Notes: generated by a model not told the origin, from the sequence alone. Numbered from the stretch's first letter, positions 48,329-55,940 are shown. The stretch: 64,000 nucleotides of DNA from Bacillota bacterium (GCA_017889625.1 JAGGAD010000004.1:3443-67442); one strand, 5' to 3'. Translations and numbers: made by a program.

Positions 48329-48538
48329 TTACGAGCAATTCGTTTTATTATTCATAAGTTTTTGATATTCATTAAGAACAGCGTCTAGCATATTACTAGC
48401 AGCTATTACTTCAGGATCAGTTAAAGTTTTCCCCTCAGATATCTTATGTAGTTTATTTCTTAATTCTTCAATTATTACTAGCAATTCCTTTAACTCCAAC
48501 CTGTTCAACCTTTCCTTCCATAACAAACTATAGCCCAT
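48329..48538 (-). CDS. Spo0E-like sporulation regulatory protein (aspartyl-phosphate phosphatase family)
   Basis: The core is LKELLVIIEELRNKLHKISEGKTLTDPEVIAASNMLDAVLNEYQKL. The start codon is uncertain: ATG 48538 has no clear RBS, and an internal TTG is possible. Confidence 0.55.
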   Translation of the reverse strand: MGYSLLWKERLNRLELKELLVIIEELRNKLHKISEGKTLTDPEVIAASNMLDAVLNEYQKLMNNKTNCS

Positions 48539-48783
48539 GTTTCTGAGATCTAGTATGTACAATAATTTAACCCCGCAATCATCAGACAGCTCTCTCAACG
48601 ACAATAAGCTCACATGAACGGATATATTCAATCACAATAAAATCTGCCATGCTCTTCTCATAAGATAGTTTTTGGAAAATATTCTCTGTTATATATCCAT
48701 CAGCCCATTCATATAAATTTTCTTGTGTCTATGAAAGGGCACTGAAAATTAATTTAACATAACAAAGAATGGGGTGTTTTTTC

Positions 48784-49278
48784 ATGGATGGAAAGACCGT
48801 TGCCGATTCCAAATTGTCAATGTCTATGGTTATGCAACCAAATCAGGCTAACCCGGCCGGAAATGTTCACGGAGGTGAAATTATGAAACTCATGGACAAT
48901 GCCGCATTCGCGGTCGCCCAACGCCACGCCCGCTCTAACGTTGTTACCGCCCGTGTCGACGAATTAGAATTTCACTTGCCAATTTACGTGGGAAATCTTG
49001 TCGTCTGTAATGCTTATCTAACCTATGTTGGCCGATCAGCAATGGAAGTCGCGGTAACAATCATGGTAGATAATCTCTACAGCGAAGCCCCAGCTCAATG
49101 TGCCCTGACAGCCTATTTTACGCTTGTTGCCCTAAACGTTGGCGGGCAACCTATCAGAGTACCACAATTAGAGCTTGTTACCGAAGAAGAACACCAACTC
49201 TTTGAAGAGGGACGTCAACGCCATGAAACTAATAAAAACAATAAGCTAAAAAAAATCAATATTTCGACCCCTGCTTAA
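48784..49278 (+). CDS. acyl-CoA thioesterase (hotdog fold, YciA/BFIT-like)
   Basis: It has the block P..AN..G.VHGG.IM.LMD.AA..A. The start is either ATG 48784 or 48769. Confidence 0.75.
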   Translation: MDGKTVADSKLSMSMVMQPNQANPAGNVHGGEIMKLMDNAAFAVAQRHARSNVVTARVDELEFHLPIYVGNLVVCNAYLTYVGRSAMEVAVTIMVDNLYSEAPAQCALTAYFTLVALNVGGQPIRVPQLELVTEEEHQLFEEGRQRHETNKNNKLKKINISTPA

Positions 49279-49359
49279 AATAAAAAAATTATGGTCAAAG
49301 CAACTGTCGACCTTGACCATAATTTGCTTCACAGTTCATCCATTAAAATTTTATTTTGC

Positions 49360-49396
49360 AAAAAAGGTCCGGCGGTAACTACAATACCACCGGACT
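49360..49396 (-). terminator. intrinsic terminator of the small minus-strand gene
   Basis: On the minus strand a stem agtccggtggt/accgccggacc is followed by TTTTTT. Confidence 0.6.
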
Positions 49397-49461
49397 TTAA
49401 AACAATATACTACTATAAAAACCAGTAATAGCGTATTGTCGCTCCGCCTAGCTAGATTAAT

Positions 49462-49668
49462 TCAGTCACTTTTACCAATTTTAGATTGGTTATTTTTCCG
49501 TTCTAATCTGCCAAGAACATCAATAAAAGCATTAACAATTTGGCCGCTAATCTCCGAAGGTATGTTTTCCGGTGAATAAAAGTCCTCTGGCCGTAATTCT
49601 TTACCCGTACAAAAGCCCTTTTCCTTCTTAAAGCCCAAAAACGTGAACGTAATCGCCTGTTTGGCCAT
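49462..49668 (-). CDS. hypothetical small protein (68 aa)
   Basis: GGAGG lies 8 nt upstream of ATG 49668 (MAKQAITFTFLGFKKEKGF...), with in-frame stops just upstream. A possible forespore-type promoter GAATG-N17-CATAAAA lies upstream. I recognise no family. Confidence 0.4.
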   Translation of the reverse strand: MAKQAITFTFLGFKKEKGFCTGKELRPEDFYSPENIPSEISGQIVNAFIDVLGRLERKNNQSKIGKSD

Positions 49669-49985
49669 TATCATTACCTCCGGTAAATTTTATGCAGCTC
49701 TAGATTGTCCCCATTCATTTGTTTACTGTAGTTTATAACCCCATCACTGTAAGGACCATTTTCAGCGGATTTGAACATAGTTTTACTTTTATATTGCACA
49801 TAAGCAATATAAAGAAGTATACTTAAATTAAGAAAGCCTTATTGAAAATAATTAGCTGAGATATTGCCATGACTATATCGGCATCAAAAAATAGACCACC
49901 ATCATCCAATTAAGTAAATAGCACTAAATTTTACGAAATAATGTTATCCACAAATTTTAGATAAGTAAAATAACTACTCAGACCT

Positions 49986-50017
49986 CAAGCGTACAGAATC
50001 TGGCGCTTGTTTTTTTA
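49986..50017 (+). terminator. plus-strand intrinsic terminator (first of two in tandem)
   Basis: caagcg-(12 nt with an inner cag/ctg pairing)-cgcttg followed by TTTTTTTT. Confidence 0.55.
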
Positions 50018-50052
50018 GTAATATTTTCAATTGAATCACTATAATCCACCGC

Positions 50053-50079
50053 AAAAAGCACGGCTAACACCGTGTTTTT
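50053..50079 (+). terminator. plus-strand intrinsic terminator (second of two in tandem)
   Basis: aaaaagcacgg-ctaaca-ccgtgttttt. Confidence 0.55.
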
Positions 50080-50202
50080 CCACAATAACTCACTTAATAA
50101 AAAATGTTCCTGCCGCCCCTCCTACACTTCTATAGAAAACGTAGGTTGAGCCGATTGTATACCTCAAGGTATCCAAAAACTAAAGGAGATGACCAACTTA
50201 TT

Positions 50203-50385
50203 ATGAATGTCAGAGAAACAATGCTTCAAACTGTAAAGTGCCAAAGATCTAACCGCTATTCAATGGTGCAAGATACCGTCATTAATTTAAATGGCGACTC
50301 CATTCATGTTTTCAAGTGCCGTGACTTTTACAAATGTGCCGCCTGCTTAAATTGTCAATACCACCAATCCAAAGAGATGCCATAA
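50203..50385 (+). CDS. hypothetical 60-aa five-cysteine protein directly upstream of the recombinase
   Basis: AAAGGAG lies 11 nt upstream of ATG 50203. The product is MNVRETMLQTVKCQRSN...FKCRDFYKCAACLNCQYHQSKEMP, with a C-x5-C-x2-C-x2-C cluster. Confidence 0.4.
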   Translation: MNVRETMLQTVKCQRSNRYSMVQDTVINLNGDSIHVFKCRDFYKCAACLNCQYHQSKEMP

Positions 50386-50439
50386 ATATCCATTGCCTTC
50401 AACACCATCAGCATGATTTTATTAAAAGTGGTGAGAACT

Positions 50440-51924
50440 ATGCATGCAATATATGTGCGGGTTTCCACAGAAGACCAGGCACGTCATGGATATTCAATCG
50501 ACTTTCAAATAGCGGCATGCCGCGACCGGCTTGCCGAACTCGACATAAAAGAAAATATCGAAGAATTCATTGACGATGGCTACAGTGGCGAATTTTTAGA
50601 CCGCCCCGAACTTGATCGGCTGCGAGACTTTATCCATTCTGGAGTTGTCGAGACAGTAATAATCTACGATCCCGATCGGATGAGCCGAAACCTCACTAAC
50701 CAATTGGTATTGGCTGATGAAATTGAAAAAGCCAATATCAAACTAATGTTTGTCACCGGCGACTATGATGTATCTCCTGAAGGACGCCTATTCTTTTCAA
50801 TGAAAGGCGCTGTTGCCGCTTACGAAAAAGCGAAAATTAGAGAACGCACTACACGCGGACGTCGACAAAAAGCAGCCGCAGGGAAAATCGTTCAAAATGC
50901 GCGGCCTTATGGTTACAGTTGGGACAAAGATAATTCCATGTATACTATTGATGACGCTCAAGCCAAGGTTGTCCGTATAATCTATGATCTGCTCTTAACA
51001 AAAGAAATGGGATGTCGGGTTATAGCTTTGGAACTAAAAACGCTTGGCATTATCGGCCCAAAAGGAAAGCCTTTGTCGGCCACTACCGTACATAAAGTAG
51101 TATCACGAGAAATGTATTGCGGAACCCATTATCTTTTTAGACAGCGAATAAAAAAAATCGGCCCCAAAAAAGCCGAAATTACCAACCTTCCTCCCGACGA
51201 ATGGATTCCTATCCAAATTCCACCAATTGTTACTCGTGAAGAGTGGGAACAGGCACAACTACAACTAAAAAGAAATCAAAAAATGTCAAAACGCAATACT
51301 CACCATGAATACCTTTTGCGAGGCTTACTATTTTGTACGCTCTGCGGTCGAAGCCTGATGCCAGGAACACGGCCTGCAAAACGAAAAACCTCTGCCCCAA
51401 AACTATATTCCTACTACACCTGCATAACCATAGAAAGCGGCAGCTATGCCACCACAGGTGAGCGTTGTCAGTGTATGCGTATTCCAGTTGAAAAATTTGA
51501 CGATCAAATCTGGTCAATATTTATATCCATTGCCAAAAGCGAAAAAACTTTTACGGATTTTATACGAAGAAAAGACTTTCCCGACCATTCTGCCAAAATA
51601 GCAGAACTTACTAATATAATTACTGAATACATCAACCGCCACAGCCAAATCGCCCGATTTATCCGCGAAGGTCTCCTCGACCCAGCCGCTGCCGAAAGTG
51701 AACTACACACCATTAGCAGACAACTCGCGACAGCTAAATCTAATTTATTTGCTTTGAAGGCGGCGCAAGAACAATTAACTAAACTAAAACAAAAAACTAT
51801 AATCTCTGAAGAAATATTTTCAGCATCTACTTTGGAAGAGAAACGCAATATTATTGCCCGGTCTGGCTTCAAAATATATGCCATCAGACGCGAGGAAAAC
51901 CATATTGAATTTTACTTTGAATAA
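50440..51924 (+). CDS. large serine recombinase (resolvase N-domain + recombinase domain + zinc ribbon + coiled coil; SpoIVCA/phage-integrase type)
   Basis: 494 aa from ATG 50440.
- The catalytic region is AIYVRVSTEDQ...GYS.
- It has DRMSR.
- The recombinase domain contains GYSWDK.
- The zinc ribbon is C..C...(26)...C...(14)...C.C.
- The C-terminus is a long helical stretch. Confidence 0.85.
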   Translation: MHAIYVRVSTEDQARHGYSIDFQIAACRDRLAELDIKENIEEFIDDGYSGEFLDRPELDRLRDFIHSGVVETVIIYDPDRMSRNLTNQLVLADEIEKANIKLMFVTGDYDVSPEGRLFFSMKGAVAAYEKAKIRERTTRGRRQKAAAGKIVQNARPYGYSWDKDNSMYTIDDAQAKVVRIIYDLLLTKEMGCRVIALELKTLGIIGPKGKPLSATTVHKVVSREMYCGTHYLFRQRIKKIGPKKAEITNLPPDEWIPIQIPPIVTREEWEQAQLQLKRNQKMSKRNTHHEYLLRGLLFCTLCGRSLMPGTRPAKRKTSAPKLYSYYTCITIESGSYATTGERCQCMRIPVEKFDDQIWSIFISIAKSEKTFTDFIRRKDFPDHSAKIAELTNIITEYINRHSQIARFIREGLLDPAAAESELHTISRQLATAKSNLFALKAAQEQLTKLKQKTIISEEIFSASTLEEKRNIIARSGFKIYAIRREENHIEFYFE

Positions 51925-52077
51925 ACCAACCAGACCGACTTCTGCGGTTGCACACTATTTTATATACATATTCGTACGCGTTTTCTTAAGATCACTGGTT
52001 TTTAGCATAAACACCCGCCCCTTTATGCTTGCTTTCCTTCCATTATATGAAAAACAAGGACTATATGTGTCTACAAT

Positions 52078-52130
52078 AAAAAGGAAGCATTAGCCGTTCA
52101 TTTTGAACCTCTGATGCTTCCTTTTTGTTT
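52078..52130. terminator. bidirectional intrinsic terminator between the recombinase and spoIIR
   Basis: A 13-bp stem aaaaaggaagcat/atgcttccttttt with a 23-nt loop, flanked by A- and T-runs. Confidence 0.65.
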
Positions 52131-52149
52131 TACATCCTCCAGCCCACCA

Positions 52150-52743
52150 TTACCTCCCATCAACACCCAAAAAAACTTCTGCTATTTTCCACCTTATTTC
52201 TACTTTGCCTTGTGGTTGAAACTCACTAGCTGAGGCTGGCACAGCCACACCGCTGGTGCCATCTACAAAACACAATGGGGGAAATAGCACACACCACCAG
52301 TTTCTGCCCTCAGCCGCACCAAGCAGAATCCGAACCGCTTCATACCTGCCCGCTGGAACTACAACTGCCCCATAAGAACGTAATGGGAAATCGAACCAGC
52401 CAGTTTCAATTGTAGCAGAATAATCGTAACCATTTTCACGGATAACTTTTTTAGCTAGTTCCAATAACTCGTCCTGGTTATCAAAAACAACTTTTCTGGC
52501 ATCTGCCGGATTAGTCATCTGACTCAATAGTGGAGTGAGATACGTTACTACTGCATCACGAACCTTTAGTTTCAGTCGCTGATCACCCGTACTATCACTG
52601 TTGGCTAAAATATGTAGCCTAATAAGCCCCTGCTGATTGACTACTTGTGCCCCAGCATGTGATTGCCTGAAAAAAAACAGCCAGCCGAAAACAACAAATA
52701 TCATCAAAACCGCCGCAAATCCATACCAAACCTTGTTGCTCAT
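52150..52743 (-). CDS. spoIIR: stage II sporulation protein R
   Basis: 197 aa with a signal/anchor helix. It has LIRLHILANSDS..DQ.LKLKVRD.V, the SpoIIR signature. Confidence 0.85.
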   Translation of the reverse strand: MSNKVWYGFAAVLMIFVVFGWLFFFRQSHAGAQVVNQQGLIRLHILANSDSTGDQRLKLKVRDAVVTYLTPLLSQMTNPADARKVVFDNQDELLELAKKVIRENGYDYSATIETGWFDFPLRSYGAVVVPAGRYEAVRILLGAAEGRNWWCVLFPPLCFVDGTSGVAVPASASEFQPQGKVEIRWKIAEVFLGVDGR

Positions 52744-52764
52744 AAAACCTCTCCCCTAAAAACA

Positions 52765-53538
52765 TCATACGTATTTTCGCATATGTCCCAAAGCGGCTTT
52801 TTCCAGTCGAGATACCTGAGCCTGAGAAATGCCTATTTCTTCGGCAACCTCCATCTGGGTTTTACCTTCAAAAAAGCGCAATGTAAGAATATGCTTTTCT
52901 CGATCACTAAGTTTTCTTAGAGCCTCTTTAATTGTTACTCCCTCTAGCCAATTTAAATCTTGATTTCGCTCATCACTTATCTGATCCATCACATAAATAG
53001 GATCTCCGCCGTCATGATAAATAGGTTCAAACAAAGATATCGGTTCCTGAATAGCATCCAGCGCAAAAACAATTTCTTCGCGAGGTATCTTTAACTCATC
53101 CGCAATTTCCCCGACCGATGGTTCCCTGGAAAACCTATTCACAAGAGAATCACGTATTTGGAGTGCCTTATAAGCAACATCCCTCATTGACCGGCTTACT
53201 CTGATCGGATTATTATCCCGGAGATACCGTCTTATTTCACCGATAATCATTGGCACTGCATAAGTAGAAAACTTAACATTTTGCGAAAGATCAAAATTAT
53301 CAATAGCCTTCATTAATCCGATACAGCCAACCTGAAACAAATCGTCGACATACTCGCCACGATTGTTGAACCGCTGAATTACACTTAATACCAGCCGTAG
53401 ATTACCATAGATAAGCTGCTCACGCGCACAAAACTCACCATGTTGCATAACCTCAAATAACTCGCGCATTTTGCTAGCCGATAAAACCGGGAGTTTTGCT
53501 GTGTTAACGCCGCAAATTTCAACTTTATTTACTAGCAC
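52765..53538 (-). CDS. sigG: RNA polymerase sporulation sigma factor SigG
   Basis: It is near-identical in long blocks to the B. subtilis SigG sequence as I recall it (NKVEICGV, GNLRLVLSVIQRFNNRGEYVDDLFQVGCIGLMK.IDNFDLS.NVKFSTYAVPMIIGEIRRYLRDNNPIRVSRS, GKTQMEVAEEIGISQAQVSRLEKAA). I trimmed the start to GTG 53538 (GGAGG 7 nt upstream), giving 257 aa. Confidence 0.9.
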   Translation of the reverse strand: MLVNKVEICGVNTAKLPVLSASKMRELFEVMQHGEFCAREQLIYGNLRLVLSVIQRFNNRGEYVDDLFQVGCIGLMKAIDNFDLSQNVKFSTYAVPMIIGEIRRYLRDNNPIRVSRSMRDVAYKALQIRDSLVNRFSREPSVGEIADELKIPREEIVFALDAIQEPISLFEPIYHDGGDPIYVMDQISDERNQDLNWLEGVTIKEALRKLSDREKHILTLRFFEGKTQMEVAEEIGISQAQVSRLEKAALGHMRKYV

Positions 53539-53583
53539 GACCGCCCCTCCCATCCACTTCCAACAATTTGAATTCCTATCAGA

Positions 53584-53612
53584 ATTATTGCCACCAAGCG
53601 GGCCTTTTATAC
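53584..53612 (-). promoter_or_regulatory. forespore (sigma-F/sigma-G type) promoter candidate for sigG-spoIIR
   Basis: On the minus strand, GTATA (53612..53608), N15, then GGCAATAAT (53592..53584). This fits GYATA-N15-GGnnAnAHT. Confidence 0.5.
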
Positions 53613-53648
53613 ACCATAAAAAACAACCTGCTATCAGCATATAGACAA

Positions 53649-53691
53649 CAAAACACCGTTTCTGCACCTTGCGGTGTAAAAACGGTGTTTG
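53649..53691 (-). terminator. intrinsic terminator downstream of the MFS gene (repeat copy A)
   Basis: caaaacaccgtttctgcaccttgcggtgtaaaaacggtgtttg. It has an outer stem acaccg/cggtgt, an inner stem cacc/ggtg, and a T-rich tail on the minus strand. Confidence 0.65.
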
Positions 53692-53699
53692 TATCTAGC

Positions 53700-54878
53700 C
53701 TAAGAACGAGACTCTGATACATGCTCTGCCTCTGGCTCATGAATAAACAAAGTCAATACAAAAGCAATAACCGGCAAAAAGGACAATACATCAAAGATTA
53801 CCGGGAGACTATATGAATCAGCTACTTTGCCAAGCACAAGTACACCGAGTGTACCAAGACCAACACTAAACCCTAAATTAAGACCTGACGCCATCCCAAC
53901 ATTGCCCGGCATCATTTTTTGAATTAGCACTAAACTGCTGGTAAATGTAGCCGAAAGCAAAATGCTTGAAACCCCCAGAATCACAAACGGCCAGATTCCA
54001 CTGGCAAAACGAAAAGTATACAGCAAAAATGCTAATGGTAAAACGGAATAAATCATGACTATTTTACTGCCATATTTATCACTCATAACCCCACCAACCA
54101 TCGTACCTACCGCTCCGGCAGCCATATATACGGTAAGCAGCGAACTAGCATATAACGGACTGCCGCTTAAATACGATACGTAGTATAATGGTACAAAAGC
54201 GCTAATGCCAGAAGAAACTGTAGCCCGGGCGGCCACCATCCCCAGCAAAGCTAAAATTGACCAATTGATTGAAGCCCTAATCCGTTTTAAGCTACTAGTA
54301 GCGCTCACAGGTTCCTGCGGCAAACTAATGGCAACATAAACCAGCGATACACCACTTATTAAAAATGGTATTGCCAAGAAATAAAGCATTGTCCCAGCCC
54401 CGGCCGACACAAGAAAAGCCATAAACATTGTACCAATTGCTACCCCAATACTTCCCCAAACACTAAACAAACTAGCCCCCTTACCAATCGAACTACCGCT
54501 TAAACGATTAACCACCTTGGCGGCTTCCGGATGGAAACTGGCATTGCCCAAACCGCTAAGAGCGGTAAATAATAACACCATCTGATAATTTGGTACTAAT
54601 AAAGAAGCTAATAGCGCCAGACCACATAATACACACCCAGCTGGCATAATCCAGGCTCTGGGAGTACGATCACTGTAATAGCCCAATATTGGCTGAGTAA
54701 GCGACGCAGTAATATTTTGCATCAACACAATAGCAGTTACTTCCGCATAGCTAAGACCTAATTTTGCTTTTAAAAAAGGCAATGCAACATATAATGCCCC
54801 TGGCGCTAAATCGGCAACTCCATGACCTATGGCTATCAGCCAAATTTGCTTAGGAACCGAGCGAATCATATCTAACAT
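53700..54878 (-). CDS. MFS transporter
   Basis: 392 aa with about 12 hydrophobic helices. An MFS loop motif G..SDR..R is present. Confidence 0.8.
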   Translation of the reverse strand: MLDMIRSVPKQIWLIAIGHGVADLAPGALYVALPFLKAKLGLSYAEVTAIVLMQNITASLTQPILGYYSDRTPRAWIMPAGCVLCGLALLASLLVPNYQMVLLFTALSGLGNASFHPEAAKVVNRLSGSSIGKGASLFSVWGSIGVAIGTMFMAFLVSAGAGTMLYFLAIPFLISGVSLVYVAISLPQEPVSATSSLKRIRASINWSILALLGMVAARATVSSGISAFVPLYYVSYLSGSPLYASSLLTVYMAAGAVGTMVGGVMSDKYGSKIVMIYSVLPLAFLLYTFRFASGIWPFVILGVSSILLSATFTSSLVLIQKMMPGNVGMASGLNLGFSVGLGTLGVLVLGKVADSYSLPVIFDVLSFLPVIAFVLTLFIHEPEAEHVSESRS

Positions 54879-54948
54879 TGTTTATACCACCACCCTATCT
54901 CGGTATTATCCAATAAATACACCCCTAAAACAAGCTCAAACTATCAAG

Positions 54949-54992
54949 CAAAACACCGTTTCTGCGCCTTGCGGCATCGAAGCGGTGTTTTG
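54949..54992 (-). terminator. intrinsic terminator downstream of the DUF386/FliG-N-like operon (repeat copy B)
   Basis: caaaacaccgtttctgcgccttgcggcatcgaagcggtgttttg. Its first 26 nt are 25/26 identical to copy A. Confidence 0.65.
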
Positions 54993-55007
54993 CTTAAAAT
55001 AATACCA

Positions 55008-55271
55008 TTACATCTTATCGCTAATATTTCTCCCGTTGAATAACAAGCGAATAATATCTAACGCTTCAGCGGCATTCATAGTTTCGTTATAACCTAAGCG
55101 CTTAAATTCGTCCCAAACATTTTGTTGCGTTTTTAAGTCCATTTCCGTTATTTTTCCAATTTCAGCAGCAACTTTACTTATTTCCCGGCTATCCATCCAG
55201 GACATAATGTTGCTGCCACGTTCAAAACCAACTAATAACAAAAACGCCGCTGTTTTTTGTACTGGCGTCAA
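55008..55271 (-). CDS. stand-alone FliG N-terminal-domain-like protein (87 aa)
   Basis: A TTG start overlaps the upstream TGA (TTGA), with GGAGG 9 nt upstream. An ungapped alignment by eye to the E. coli FliG N-terminus, as I recall it, pairs TPVQKTAAFLLLVGFERGSNIMSWMDSREISKVAAEIGKITEMDLKTQQNVWDEF with [55 protein letters not shown]. Confidence 0.45.
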   Translation of the reverse strand: MTPVQKTAAFLLLVGFERGSNIMSWMDSREISKVAAEIGKITEMDLKTQQNVWDEFKRLGYNETMNAAEALDIIRLLFNGRNISDKM

Positions 55272-55753
55272 AATTTCGTTCCTCCTAATGCCTCCAGCGC
55301 AATCTTTACTACAACCTTGCGAACTTTACTCGGCCGGCTGTCAGCACAATTAGGCCGGTGTACATCCCAGGGGAAAAAAACCGCAAACATGCCTGGCAAT
55401 AGTGTAAGTTCTGTTTCTTGAGTAATCTTACTAAAAAAGGCTACATCCCGGTCACTAAAACAATTTTCCTCTATTTCAGACTCAGGACTTAATGGAGCTA
55501 CCCCAATTATCTCCCTGCCTGAAAAAACATATTGTATATCGACATATTTCTGATGAGCTTCCGGCCTGCGTTCTTCCATCGGTTGAGTCTGATATTCCGA
55601 AACTATTGCATATATTGCAGTACCTTGAATTTCATGCTGACCAAGCGCTAACTGACCAATATCAGTTTGAGCAAGAAAGTTTAATCCGAGTTTCAGCGCC
55701 TGCGGATATAACGCCAGCTCACTGTTTATATTTGATAAATATCCTGCAATCAT
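55268..55753 (-). CDS. YhcH/YjgK/YiaL family protein (DUF386)
   Basis: 161 aa. It has G.HEI.G..IYA.V.EY.T......EAH.KY.DIQY...G.E.IG and F.P.D.H.P. Confidence 0.75.
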   Translation of the reverse strand: MIAGYLSNINSELALYPQALKLGLNFLAQTDIGQLALGQHEIQGTAIYAIVSEYQTQPMEERRPEAHQKYVDIQYVFSGREIIGVAPLSPESEIEENCFSDRDVAFFSKITQETELTLLPGMFAVFFPWDVHRPNCADSRPSKVRKVVVKIALEALGGTKF

Positions 55754-55940
55754 TGTTCTACACCTGCTTCATTATTATTTTTTTGTACTGGCTATTCTAT
55801 TTTTTAATTTTCTCCACCCACCCATCTAACTCCTTGCGCTAAACAATATTTTGAAAATACGCTCATTTTACCATTGTCTGTTATTAGTATCTAGTGCTAT
55901 AATCGAATCATAAAATACATTAGGGAAGAGGTCTTAAATA

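Larger units (their letters stand above)
50203..51924 (+). mobile_element. recombinase module of a possible minimal or remnant integrative element (boundaries unknown)
   Basis: The only accessory-looking genes in the window. The surrounding non-coding DNA is AT-rich, and core genes lie on both sides. No att sites could be defined. Confidence 0.3.

Noticed and set aside
50110-52020. Direct 8-mer ccgcccct near both ends of the recombinase module, considered as an att core
   Set aside because: An 8-mer shared between flanks of this size is expected by chance (about 1-2 occurrences). Joining the flanks across it reconstitutes no ORF.
53539-53667. 43-codon N-terminal extension of sigG in the track (300 aa)
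   Set aside because: The extension is Cys/Trp-rich and overlaps the promoter and terminator region. GTG 53538 with GGAGG gives a product colinear with B. subtilis SigG. I made similar trims for era (30702-30818), the CNNM gene (27593-27700), rpoD, ylmC, pgeF, marR and the DUF164 gene.
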